Sequence record: SRR22947725_1063
DNA length: 38,768 nt
Strand: one strand, 5' to 3'
The notes beneath the pieces are model-generated. The model searched no databases, was not told the origin of the DNA, and saw only the letters and a list, made by a program, of their open reading frames with translations. Positions 18,632 to 28,282 of this stretch are shown piece by piece. A program made the position numbers and the translations under genes. How positions within the stretch are numbered: the first letter of the stretch is position 1; each line of letters starts with the position of its first letter.

Positions 18632-19918
18632 CTAACGATTCATTATCTGTTCGATCTCTTCTGCTTCGATGGGGATTTTGGACATTAGATTAACGGGTCC
18701 ATTTTTCGTAATTTGAATGTTATCCTCGAGGCGAACCCCAAAGCCTTCATCCGGTAAATAAATGCCAGGTTCCACGGTAAAGACCGAGTTTTCCCGAAAG
18801 ACGGACTGGCCATTTGATACATCATGAACATCGAGACCAAGAGAATGCCCTAATCCATGCATGTAGAATTTTCTGCAGGCCGGCTGATCCGGATCCTGTT
18901 TTTTGACTTCTGCTTTTGTTATGAGTTTTAATCGGAGCATTTCTTCCGTCATCATGTCATGAGAATCATTTTGCCATTCTTTGAGGGATTTTCCAATCGT
19001 TGCATTATCAATGCACTGACGTAAGACCCGTAAAACTGAATTGTATACCTGCTTTTGCCGTCGTGAGAATTTTCCGCTTACGGGAATGGTACGGGTAAGG
19101 TCGGCATTGTAATTTGCATAGCAGGCGCCGACATCCATGAGTAGAAGTTGTCCCTTTCTACAGGTTTGGTCGTTCTGTAAATAGTGCAAAACACAGGCAT
19201 TGGATCCGGATGCGATGATAGGGGTATAGGCAAACTTACTTCTGCATTTAATAAATTCCTTCGCCCATTCCGCTTCAATCTCGTACTCGGTTACCCCGGG
19301 TTTGACCATGCGAAGAACTTTTCGAAAACCATTTGTGGTTACATTAATTGCCTGTTTGATCAATTTGATTTCCTCTGCACTTTTACAAAAGCGCAGGTCG
19401 TGAAGATGCGGGGCTAAGCGTTCAATTTTATGAAGAGGGTAATCTTTGAGAACTTTTCGGTTAAACCGTTGTTCACGGGTTTCCACTTCATTGGTTGCAC
19501 GACTGTGTTCGTTGTCATTTAGATAAAAAACTTCGGCCTCAGCGGCAAGAAGCTGAAAAATATTATCGAAGTCCTCGGTCCAGTAAACAGTCTGTATTCC
19601 TGAAATCTTCTGAGCGTCTTCTTTGCTATGCTTATACCCTTCCCAAATCTTTAAATGTTCATTCGGTTGACGAACGAACAAAATTTCCCGGTGCTTGGGG
19701 TTGGAACAATCCGGGAACAGAACGAGTAAGCTTTCTTCCTGTTCAATGCCCGAAAGGTAAAAGAGATCGGAATTGGGATGGAGTCGAAGTGTGCCGTCTG
19801 CATTTGTGGGCAGCACATCATTCGCGTTCGCAACTGCAATTGCTTTGCCGGGTAATTTGCCACAAAGTTTCTTGCGGTTGTTTGAGAAAAGTTTTGAGCT
19901 TACGGAGAGGTGTCGCAT
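18632..19918 (-). CDS. pepP: Xaa-Pro aminopeptidase (M24B)
   Basis: Motifs SDLFYLSG, KSAEEI, LMDVGA..YNADLTRTIPV, HGLGHSLGLDVHD, TVEPGIY and GVRLED. Confidence 0.93.
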   Translation of the reverse strand: MRHLSVSSKLFSNNRKKLCGKLPGKAIAVANANDVLPTNADGTLRLHPNSDLFYLSGIEQEESLLVLFPDCSNPKHREILFVRQPNEHLKIWEGYKHSKEDAQKISGIQTVYWTEDFDNIFQLLAAEAEVFYLNDNEHSRATNEVETREQRFNRKVLKDYPLHKIERLAPHLHDLRFCKSAEEIKLIKQAINVTTNGFRKVLRMVKPGVTEYEIEAEWAKEFIKCRSKFAYTPIIASGSNACVLHYLQNDQTCRKGQLLLMDVGACYANYNADLTRTIPVSGKFSRRQKQVYNSVLRVLRQCIDNATIGKSLKEWQNDSHDMMTEEMLRLKLITKAEVKKQDPDQPACRKFYMHGLGHSLGLDVHDVSNGQSVFRENSVFTVEPGIYLPDEGFGVRLEDNIQITKNGPVNLMSKIPIEAEEIEQIMNR

Positions 19919-20053
19919 GTGTTTGAGGTGAAAAGGATAACTAAAACATCCTCCAAATTGTTCGCAAGCACCAAGCTTTCTTCAACACCTTAATTTAAGG
20001 ACAACCTTATTTTGAATTTGTCCAAAGATTCAGTTTTTAGCAGTACTTAGATT

Positions 20054-21520
20054 ATGCACATGAAATTATACGCCCTGCTTACATTATTCAGCCTTTCCAC
20101 ATTATGGGCAGAAAAGCCGAACATAGTATACATAATATGCGATGACCTTGGGTATGGGGATATTAAGTGTTTAAATCCGGAAAAGGGCAAAATACCGACC
20201 CCTCATGTGGATCGTCTTGCATCCCAAGGTATGATCTTCACCGATGCTCATTCCGGTTCCTCGGTTTGCACACCCACTCGATATGGGGTGTTAACTGGTC
20301 GATACAGTTGGCGAACCAGCCTCCAATCGGGCGTAGTTCAAGGTTTTGCTCCCTGTTTAATTGCGCAAGACCGACCAACCGTTGCCAGTTTTCTCCAAAA
20401 TGAAGGTTATCATACTGCGATTATTGGGAAATGGCATCTGAATTTCAAATATTTGGATCCAGAAGAAGGGAAGGAATATTCCAGAACTGAGTTCAAAAGT
20501 CCTCCTGTAGGATCAAAAATTCCCGACGGTCCCATTCATCGGGGTTTTGATTATTTTCATGGATTTCATCATGCCCGTAATATGGAGGCGGTGATCGAGG
20601 ATGATAAAGTCATCGCTCACGATCCTGTAATCAACATGCTTCCACGTTTAACCCAAAAATCCGTTCAATATATCGAATCTCGTAAAGATTCAAAGAAACC
20701 ATTCTTCCTCTATGTTCCCCTCGGTTCTCCGCACACCCCCATTGTTCCCACTCCGGAATGGGAAGGGAAGAGTGGCCTCGGGAAATATGGTGATTTTGTC
20801 ATGCAGACTGATCATGTGGTCGGAGAAATTCAAAAAGCTCTTACTAAAATAGGACAGGTGGATAATACCTTGATCATTTTTACCAGCGATAACGGTTGTT
20901 CCAAGGCTGCTGGAATTGGTGAATTGGCCAAGCAGGGGCATATTGTAAGTGCTGATCTACGGGGATCCAAAGCGGATCTCTGGGATGGCGGGCATCGCAT
21001 TCCATTCATCGTAAAGTGGCCCGGGAGGGTAAAGCCTGGATCTGAATCTGATCAATTAATATGCCTTACTGATCTATTTGCTACGATGACAGACCTATTG
21101 GGACAAAAAGCCCTCGAGAATAGTGGGGAAGACAGCGTAAGCTTTCTTCCTGCACTTCATGGGAAAAAGATTGTTTCAAGTCGAAAGGGTGTGATCCATC
21201 ATTCCATAAGCGGACATTTTGCCTACCGGCAGGGCCCCTGGAAACTCTTACTGGCAAAGGCATCAGGTGGATGGACTTCTCCCAAAGAAAAGCAGGCTCC
21301 TGCTGGCGCTGCACCTGGACAATTGTATGATATGTCTACTGATTTGGGCGAAAAAAAGAATTTGTATGAGGAAAAACCTGATATGGTTGCTTCGCTACTT
21401 GCATTACTTGAAAAAGATATTAAGCGGGGGAGGAGCACCAAAGGCCCCAAATCAAAAAATGACTACAATAATATTAAGCTTTGGAAAAGCGGAGAGCCAA
21501 AAAAAGGTAAGCGACCTTAA
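20054..21520 (+). CDS. Secreted arylsulfatase
   Basis: Motifs KPNIVYIICDDLGYGD, CTPTRYGVLTGRY, GKWHL, FTSDNG and RGSKADLWDGGHRIPF. Confidence 0.94.
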   Translation: MHMKLYALLTLFSLSTLWAEKPNIVYIICDDLGYGDIKCLNPEKGKIPTPHVDRLASQGMIFTDAHSGSSVCTPTRYGVLTGRYSWRTSLQSGVVQGFAPCLIAQDRPTVASFLQNEGYHTAIIGKWHLNFKYLDPEEGKEYSRTEFKSPPVGSKIPDGPIHRGFDYFHGFHHARNMEAVIEDDKVIAHDPVINMLPRLTQKSVQYIESRKDSKKPFFLYVPLGSPHTPIVPTPEWEGKSGLGKYGDFVMQTDHVVGEIQKALTKIGQVDNTLIIFTSDNGCSKAAGIGELAKQGHIVSADLRGSKADLWDGGHRIPFIVKWPGRVKPGSESDQLICLTDLFATMTDLLGQKALENSGEDSVSFLPALHGKKIVSSRKGVIHHSISGHFAYRQGPWKLLLAKASGGWTSPKEKQAPAGAAPGQLYDMSTDLGEKKNLYEEKPDMVASLLALLEKDIKRGRSTKGPKSKNDYNNIKLWKSGEPKKGKRP

Positions 21521-22281
21521 CTGTACTGTTTACGATACTGCCTCGGGGTCATACTCATCCTTTTACGAAATTGTGCAGTAAAAGCACTTTGATCACAAAA
21601 CCCTAATTCGTAACCAATATCAGTTAGGCTTCGGTTCGATTCCTTGAGTGATTTACAGGCCTTTTCAATGCGGATTTGAACGGAAAATTGTTGAGGGGTA
21701 AGTCCGGTTACTTCTTTGAATCTCCGATTTAGTTGGCGATGTGACAGGCCATACTGATTTGCTATCATTGCAATACTGGGAGTGCCTTCATTACTCTCTT
21801 GCAGTTCTTCAATTACCATCTCCATCTCTTTGTCTCGAGTATGATTAACTGGAACTTTTTCGTATTTTTGAACCGTTCCCATTATTCCGATAGCTCTTTT
21901 TCGCCTGTCAAAAATGGGGAATTTATTGGTAATGTACCATGACGGTGTGCCTTGCTGGTTAAGAAATAATTCAACTAATCCTAATTTGGGTAATTTTTCG
22001 CGTATTATAGCTTCATCATCTTTCCTGAACTTGTTAGCCAGAGGTTCCGGGAAAAGCTGGAAATCGTCTTTTCCCAGCAACTCTTTTTGTGATTTAAGCC
22101 CCAATCTTCTGTAGAAAAAAGGATTGGCGAAGATTAAACGAAAGTCTTTATCTTTAACAAAAAAAGAAACACCGTTTATTTCTTTCAGTATACCAAGAAA
22201 GTTATGATTTGGATCGATTTCTTTAAGGAAATCTTTCGGGGAAGCCTTTTTTTTGTCAGGATTAATATGTCTAACTTTCAA
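21517..22281 (-). CDS. AraC-family transcriptional regulator with an N-terminal PAS domain
   Basis: PAS segment FFVKDKDFRLIFAN..LLGKDD..FRKDD..WYITNKFP; AraC HTH LSHRQLNRRFK..GLTP..LTDIGYELGFCDQSAFTAQFRKRMSMTPRQYR. Confidence 0.93.
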   Translation of the reverse strand: MKVRHINPDKKKASPKDFLKEIDPNHNFLGILKEINGVSFFVKDKDFRLIFANPFFYRRLGLKSQKELLGKDDFQLFPEPLANKFRKDDEAIIREKLPKLGLVELFLNQQGTPSWYITNKFPIFDRRKRAIGIMGTVQKYEKVPVNHTRDKEMEMVIEELQESNEGTPSIAMIANQYGLSHRQLNRRFKEVTGLTPQQFSVQIRIEKACKSLKESNRSLTDIGYELGFCDQSAFTAQFRKRMSMTPRQYRKQYS

Positions 22282-22373
22282 TAAAAAATGACGAAGTCAA
22301 TCTATTGTTTAATATAAAATTATGATATTATTAAGAACCTTTAAATATTATCCCCACCTTTATTCCCGAAAAA

Positions 22374-25300
22374 ATGGACCGTACGTTTATATATTTTTTC
22401 ATAGCATTTCTGACTTTTCAAATAGGTAAGACTTTTGCCGATCCGATAAGAGTTCTTTTTCTTGGACACGAATCAACACATCATAATTCTAATCAGTATT
22501 ACCCAATCCTGTCTAAGTCTCTTGGACGGGATGCCATTTATTTTGATTATGTCACCAGTGTAAACCAAGCATTAGACGATCCTGAGTACCTTAACCAATT
22601 TGATGGCCTTCTTCTCTATGCCAATCATCCCAAGCTTTCTTCCGGTCAATGGGAAAATTTACTGTCTTTTGTTCGTTCGGGAAAGGGATTTATTCCGGTT
22701 CACTGTGCGAGCTGGTGCTTTGCCAATATCCCCGAGTATGACCAGCTTGTCGGAGGCCGTTTCAAGAGTCACCAGGGTGCTGTCTTCAGCCCGAGAGTTG
22801 TAAAAGTCAATCATCCTGCCGTTCAGGGGATCGGTAACTTGGAGGCATGGGATGAAACTTATTTTCATGAGCGGCACAATTCGAAGAACCGGACTGTGCT
22901 GATGGTGAGGGATCCTTTGCCTGGTGATCCTCATGAGGATCCTGAACCATGGACTTGGGTTCGTGAGGAGGGAAAAGGGCGGGTTTTTTATACTGCTTCT
23001 GGGCATGATGAAAGAGTGTGGAATAAACCGGAATTTCACCAACTCCTCAAAAATGGAATCCTTTGGGCAGTGGGTGAAAAAGTTCACGAGCGCTATAAAA
23101 ATTTTTTAGCAAATCGAGAACCGTTGAAGTACGAGAAGCGGGATAACATTGCAAACTATGAAAAAAGGCCGGAACCGCTTGCCTATCAGTTGCCGCTTTC
23201 TCCTAAAGAGAGCATGAAGCACACTCAAGTTCCAGTTGGCTTCAAACTGGAACTCTTTGCCTCTGAGCCTGACCTAGTGAACCCGATCTATTTCCAATGG
23301 GACGAGGGTGGTCGGCTTTGGGTTGTTGAAACTGTGGATTATCCTAATGAGCTTAAGGATGGACGAAAAGGAAACGACCGAATTAAAATTTGCGAGGATA
23401 CGGACGGTGACGGTAAGGCGGATAAGTTTACCATCTTTGCGGATGGATTTAATATCCCCACATCCTTGACTTTTGCACGGGGGGGAGTGATTTTAGCTCA
23501 TGCCCCTGATCTGCTTTTTCTTCAAGACACAGATGGGGACGATCAAGCGGATACTCGTGAGATTCTTTTTACCGGTTTCGGGATTAACGATACGCATGCC
23601 GGTCCAAGCAACTTACGTTACGGTCTGGACAACTGGATTTACGGTACGGTGGGATATTCAGGTTTCAAAGGAGAAGTGAATGGAGAGGAACATAGTTTTC
23701 GTTCGGGTACCTTCCGTTTCAAATCGGATGGATCGAAGATCGAGTTTCTTCATCAATATAACAATAATACTTGGGGAATCGGTTTAAACGAGCAGGGTGA
23801 TATATTCGGTTCCACCGCCAACAATAACCCAAGCTTCTTTGGCGGCGTTCCAAGTCGGGTACACAATGGAGAAAAGCGGATGACTGCAAAAATGATCGCG
23901 AGTTCTCCAAGGTTTTATCCAATCACTCCCAATATCCGTCAGGTTGATGCCTTTAATGCTTACACCGCCGGATGCGGTCATGCCTTTGCTACATCCTCTG
24001 GCTTCCCAAAATCCTGGCGTAACCAGAGAGCATTTGTTTGTGGTCCGACCGGGCATCTTCTTGGCATGTATGATGTCCGACCGAGAGGTTCGGGTTTTGA
24101 GTCTGTCAATGCATACAGCCTGGTGGCGAGTACGGACGAGTGGTTCTCTCCAATCGTGGCTGAGGTTGGCCCCGATGGGAATTTATGGATAGCTGATTGG
24201 TATAATTTTATCATCCAGCATAACCCCACTCCCAATCTGAACCGCGGTGGATATGATGCTCAACGCGGACCCGGGAATGCCCATGTTAATCCCAATCGAG
24301 ACCGTCAGCATGGTCGTATTTATCGCTTGGTTTACGAAAAAAACCATGCACCTATGTTCAATTTAGAAAATGCTTCCCGGCAAAAACTGGTTAAAGCCCT
24401 GGGTCATGATAATATGTTCTGGCGTCTGACCGCTCAGCGTCTCCTGGTCGATCGTGGATACAGGAAAGCAGTGCCCGCACTGATAAAACTTCTTTCCCAA
24501 CCCGCTCCGAAATCCCTGCATGCACTGTGGGCTTTGCATGGTTTGGGTTCGCTGAAGCAAGACTTGCATGCCAATTGTCTCACTTCGAACGATCCTGCCC
24601 TCCGGCGTAATGCAGTCCGAGCTCTTTCGCATGATTTGAAGGGCCAACAGATGCTCCACGACGGAGCAACTCTGGCCGACAAGGATCTTTTGGTCCGGCT
24701 TGCCTCTTTCGTTAAGCTGGCCTCCTTTCCGCAAGACGAAGGAACCCGGGATATCGCATCGCTGCTAATGCGGGTGGAGCAAAATGCCAAGGATGAATGG
24801 CTTCGGTTGCCCCTTGAGTCACTCGGTGCGGTGGAAGCTAATCTGGTTGGGTATGAAAAGGGTCCAAATCTTTTGCCCAATCCCTCCTTCGAGTCTTCGG
24901 ATGGTAAGTTGCCCACCAGTTGGAAGGTCCGGACTTACAGTGGGAGCGGTGCCATGGAGCATACGATCGAGACAGTCAGCAAGTCCGTAAAGACCGGCAA
25001 ATCGTCCCTGCGTATATCATCCAAAGGGGGACATGACACCAGTGCTTATGCGAGTGTGCAAATTAGGTCGGGAGTCCGTTATTCTCTCTCTGCCTGGATT
25101 AAGACGGACAGGGTCGAAGGGGGTGGCATGGGTGCTTTACTCAATGTTCATGAATTGCAACAAAAGGCCATGACCAAGGGTATCCGAAAGACCCATGATT
25201 GGCAGAAAGTGGAAACCGTTTTTGTAAGTCCTTCTTCTCGCTCGGTTACAATCAATTGCCTGTTCGGTGGGTGGGGACGATCCAAGGGTAAGGCTTGGTT

Positions 25301-25745
25301 CGATGATATTTCGCTTAATGAGATGGTGCCAATTTATAAGGAAATCGAGAAAGTGGAAAATCGAAAAGTGGACCTTACTCTGGCGGTCGATGCGATTCCC
25401 GGACTACTTTTCAGTAAGACATCTCTCATGGCAAAGTCGGGTAAATGGCTCAAACTTACATTTAACAATACAGACAATATGCCTCATAATTTGGTTATTA
25501 TAGCTCCGGGAACCTATGACTCAGTCGGCCAAGCCACCGACTTGATGATGGCAAAACCGGGTGCCGCTGCCCGAAATTATGTTCCTAAAAATGCAAAGGT
25601 AATTGCCCAGACTCCTATGGTTCTTCCTGGCACGAAGTACGATCTTGTCTTTCAAGTGCCCACCCAAAAAGGAAATTATCCATTCCTCTGCACTTTTCCC
25701 GGTCATTGGCGCCTCATGAAAGGGGAACTAATTGTCCAGCCATGA
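22374..25745 (+). CDS. Secreted multidomain PVC-type dehydrogenase-like protein: ThuA, beta-propeller, HEAT repeats, CBM4/9-like domain and C-terminal cupredoxin
   Basis: ThuA: GKGFIPVHCAS, WDETYFH, GRVFYTASGHD. Propeller: VPVGFKLELFASEP, WDEGGRLWVVETVDYPN, DTDGDGKADK, VGPDGNLWIADWYN, HGRIYR. HEAT: FWRLTAQRLL, HALWAL. CBM: NLLPNPSFE..AWFDDISL. Cupredoxin: MPHNLV..YPFLCTFPGHWRLM. Confidence 0.9.
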   Translation: MDRTFIYFFIAFLTFQIGKTFADPIRVLFLGHESTHHNSNQYYPILSKSLGRDAIYFDYVTSVNQALDDPEYLNQFDGLLLYANHPKLSSGQWENLLSFVRSGKGFIPVHCASWCFANIPEYDQLVGGRFKSHQGAVFSPRVVKVNHPAVQGIGNLEAWDETYFHERHNSKNRTVLMVRDPLPGDPHEDPEPWTWVREEGKGRVFYTASGHDERVWNKPEFHQLLKNGILWAVGEKVHERYKNFLANREPLKYEKRDNIANYEKRPEPLAYQLPLSPKESMKHTQVPVGFKLELFASEPDLVNPIYFQWDEGGRLWVVETVDYPNELKDGRKGNDRIKICEDTDGDGKADKFTIFADGFNIPTSLTFARGGVILAHAPDLLFLQDTDGDDQADTREILFTGFGINDTHAGPSNLRYGLDNWIYGTVGYSGFKGEVNGEEHSFRSGTFRFKSDGSKIEFLHQYNNNTWGIGLNEQGDIFGSTANNNPSFFGGVPSRVHNGEKRMTAKMIASSPRFYPITPNIRQVDAFNAYTAGCGHAFATSSGFPKSWRNQRAFVCGPTGHLLGMYDVRPRGSGFESVNAYSLVASTDEWFSPIVAEVGPDGNLWIADWYNFIIQHNPTPNLNRGGYDAQRGPGNAHVNPNRDRQHGRIYRLVYEKNHAPMFNLENASRQKLVKALGHDNMFWRLTAQRLLVDRGYRKAVPALIKLLSQPAPKSLHALWALHGLGSLKQDLHANCLTSNDPALRRNAVRALSHDLKGQQMLHDGATLADKDLLVRLASFVKLASFPQDEGTRDIASLLMRVEQNAKDEWLRLPLESLGAVEANLVGYEKGPNLLPNPSFESSDGKLPTSWKVRTYSGSGAMEHTIETVSKSVKTGKSSLRISSKGGHDTSAYASVQIRSGVRYSLSAWIKTDRVEGGGMGALLNVHELQQKAMTKGIRKTHDWQKVETVFVSPSSRSVTINCLFGGWGRSKGKAWFDDISLNEMVPIYKEIEKVENRKVDLTLAVDAIPGLLFSKTSLMAKSGKWLKLTFNNTDNMPHNLVIIAPGTYDSVGQATDLMMAKPGAAARNYVPKNAKVIAQTPMVLPGTKYDLVFQVPTQKGNYPFLCTFPGHWRLMKGELIVQP

Positions 25746-25793
25746 TCCAATTAATCATTTTTTAACATTTAACCCTAACATTCCAAAACCATT

Positions 25794-26927
25794 ATGAATA
25801 TTGAAAATCCAAGAGTAGCCATTATCGGACTCGGCTTTGGAGCCGAATTCATTCCCATTTATCAACGTCATCCCAATGCGGAGATTGTCGCACTTTGTCA
25901 AAGAAATGAGGATAGCCTGAATAAAGTCGCTGATCAGTACAGTATCGCAAAAAGGTTTACCGATTATTCTGAATTACTAGCGGACCCGGAAATTGATGCG
26001 GTCCATATCAACACCCCGATACCCCACCATGCTGAAGCCACCCTACAGGCAATGCGTGCGGGAAAGCATGTCGCCTGTACGGTTCCAATGGCAACCTCAG
26101 TCGAAGATTGTGAGGCTATTGTCAAACTCTCTGCCGAGAGCGGCATGAAGTATATGATGATGGAGACCGTGGTTTATGCCCGGGAATTTCTTTATATGAA
26201 AGAACTTTACGATAATGGTGAATTGGGCAAACTGCAGTTTCTCAAGGCGAGCCACCAGCAGGATATGGACGGTTGGCCTGGATACTGGCCCGGCCTTCCA
26301 CCGATGCATTATGCCACGCATTGTGTCGGTCCAGTTCTTGGATTGGGAAGACACGAAGCAGAATATGTCAGTTGTTTTCCAAGCGGAACTATTCGTGAGG
26401 AAATGCATGGTCATTATAATTCTCCTTTCGCTGTCGAGACTACTCATTTAAAATTTCGCAACAGCGATCTGAGTGCCCAAGTCTATCGTTCTCTCTTTGA
26501 TGTGGCCCGACAATATCGGGAAAGTTTTGAAGTCTACGGATCCGATAAAACGGTGGAATGGCCCCTAATCGAGGGCGAACCGCTTGTTGTGCATACCGCG
26601 AAAAAACCGGAACCACAGATTCCCGAAAAAGTAGAATGTCCAGACTTTGCCAAGTTATTACCGAAAGAGATTGCACCATTTACCACTGGTGGGGTTTATT
26701 CAAATGAGGACGGAGAGGAACACTTGAGCTTTACCCAAGGAGCTGGACACGGCGGTTCGCATCCACACTTGGTCCATCAATTCATAGAACTGGTCCGTGG
26801 AGAAGGGGAGGGTTATCCCAATGCGGTTCAGTCTGCCAATATTACGCTCACCGGTATTCTCTCACACGAGTCGGCTCTCAAGGGAGGAGAGATTATTCGC
26901 CTCCCTGAATGGAGTATGAGTTCCTGA
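25794..26927 (+). CDS. Gfo/Idh/MocA-family NAD(P)-dependent oxidoreductase (cytoplasmic)
   Basis: Motifs RVAIIGLGFG, DPEIDAVHINTP, AGKHVACTVPMA, MHYATH and GHGGSH; no signal peptide. Confidence 0.92.
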   Translation: MNIENPRVAIIGLGFGAEFIPIYQRHPNAEIVALCQRNEDSLNKVADQYSIAKRFTDYSELLADPEIDAVHINTPIPHHAEATLQAMRAGKHVACTVPMATSVEDCEAIVKLSAESGMKYMMMETVVYAREFLYMKELYDNGELGKLQFLKASHQQDMDGWPGYWPGLPPMHYATHCVGPVLGLGRHEAEYVSCFPSGTIREEMHGHYNSPFAVETTHLKFRNSDLSAQVYRSLFDVARQYRESFEVYGSDKTVEWPLIEGEPLVVHTAKKPEPQIPEKVECPDFAKLLPKEIAPFTTGGVYSNEDGEEHLSFTQGAGHGGSHPHLVHQFIELVRGEGEGYPNAVQSANITLTGILSHESALKGGEIIRLPEWSMSS

Positions 26928-26974
26928 TTCGGTCAGACTCTCCTTAGGAATTCCCTCCAAAGTTGCTGAACTGG

Positions 26975-27003
26975 TTCGAGTCCCTTTGGATTCGCCCTAT
27001 AAT
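26975..27003 (+). promoter_or_regulatory. Possible internal sigma70 promoter
   Basis: TTCGAG(26975-26980)-N17-TATAAT(26998-27003), upstream of the ATG at 27020. Confidence 0.3.
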
Positions 27004-27019
27004 ATAAATCATAATTAAA

Positions 27020-28165
27020 ATGCAAATGTCTGTCCATATCTTCAAACGAACTTGTTTGCTGAGTTTAAGTTTCTATTTTCTGTCTCTGCAGTTGCAGGGA
27101 AATGCGCTCAATTCTCAATTTAATCATATCTTCAAAGCCATGACGCACCTCGAAGATTCTACGGTACAGGCTTCCATGCTTCGTGGTACCCTCGCCGGAC
27201 TTTCCGGCAAAAGGGATCTTGTGGCTCCTGCTTCATGGAAAGCCTTGCGAAATAAACTGGTTCGCTCCAAGGATCCGGAAGTCGTTAAGTTAGCTGGACA
27301 GTTAAGCCAGATTTTTGGCGATCTTTCAGTAAGTGCGGATGATTTGAAACTTGTCTTGAATAAGGACGCCCCCCTTGAAGATCGAAAAGAAGCCCTTACT
27401 GGTTTGGTTGCGATGCGATTCAAGGAGCTTCCGAAAAACCTGAAATCATTGCTTGGGACGAATTTGAAGATCGATGCGATTCGGGCCTATTCTTTTTTCG
27501 ATTACCCAAATGCTCCCAAGGAGTTGATTTCCGAATATGATCAGTTTGATACTGTTGCCAAACGGGCAACGATTGAGACTCTCGCTTCTAAACAATCCTA
27601 CGCCAAGTCATTACTCGAAGCTTTACGAACCGAAAAGATTGCCAAAGCGGAGATTCCGAATTACACCGCACGTAGTTTACAAAATATGCTGGGTGGTTCC
27701 TTCGATAAAATCTACGGGAAGATTGTGGAAATGGGGGAGCTCTCCAAGATCGACAAAAATCCGGTCAAACCGATACCCGATGGTTTTGCAGGAGCACGCC
27801 GCATTGTGGTCGGTGTTTTACCAGGTCTTAAGTTTAACACCGATCGTATCCTTGCAAAAGCAGGTGAAAAAATCGTCTTTGTTTTTCCAAACGACGATTC
27901 CAGCGGCATGATGCACAATCTGGCCATCATCACTCCCGGTTCAAGACAGACCGTAATGGACGCTGCAGTAAGAATGGGCGCGGCAGGCCTTAAGAAAAAC
28001 TTCATACCGGAAATCCCCGAGCTACTTGCATCTACACCCCAGGTTGCTCAGGGGATGAAATACACTCTTTACTTCTCCGTGCCAGACGAGCTTGGAGACT
28101 ACCATTTTATCTGCACCTACCCCGGTCATGGATTAGTCATGCAGGGAACTTTCGCTGTTCAATAA
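27020..28165 (+). CDS. Secreted HEAT-repeat protein with a C-terminal azurin/auracyanin-type cupredoxin domain
   Basis: Signal peptide; helical region MLRGTLAGLSG..APASW..IFGD..AIRAY..AIETLASK; cupredoxin LKFNTDRILAKAGEK..MMHNLAI..YHFICTYPGHGLVMQG. Confidence 0.85.
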   Translation: MQMSVHIFKRTCLLSLSFYFLSLQLQGNALNSQFNHIFKAMTHLEDSTVQASMLRGTLAGLSGKRDLVAPASWKALRNKLVRSKDPEVVKLAGQLSQIFGDLSVSADDLKLVLNKDAPLEDRKEALTGLVAMRFKELPKNLKSLLGTNLKIDAIRAYSFFDYPNAPKELISEYDQFDTVAKRATIETLASKQSYAKSLLEALRTEKIAKAEIPNYTARSLQNMLGGSFDKIYGKIVEMGELSKIDKNPVKPIPDGFAGARRIVVGVLPGLKFNTDRILAKAGEKIVFVFPNDDSSGMMHNLAIITPGSRQTVMDAAVRMGAAGLKKNFIPEIPELLASTPQVAQGMKYTLYFSVPDELGDYHFICTYPGHGLVMQGTFAVQ

Positions 28166-28282
28166 CCTAGTCCGATCCCCCTATCTTTCTATGAAGTCCG
28201 AGAGCCTGATCCAAACTTTATAAAACCAAAGAACTTTCAATCTTATCACCTACAAGTAAATCGAAAAACAAGTACCGCTACC

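Noticed and set aside
21517-21520. Convergent genes sharing a TTAA double stop
   Set aside because: This is a common compact arrangement with no further significance evident.
26955-26996. tRNA T-loop-like GGTTCGAGTCC within a TCCAAAG/CTTTGGA inverted repeat
   Set aside because: The T-stem does not pair fully, and there is no D-arm, anticodon arm or CCA end; no integrase is nearby.
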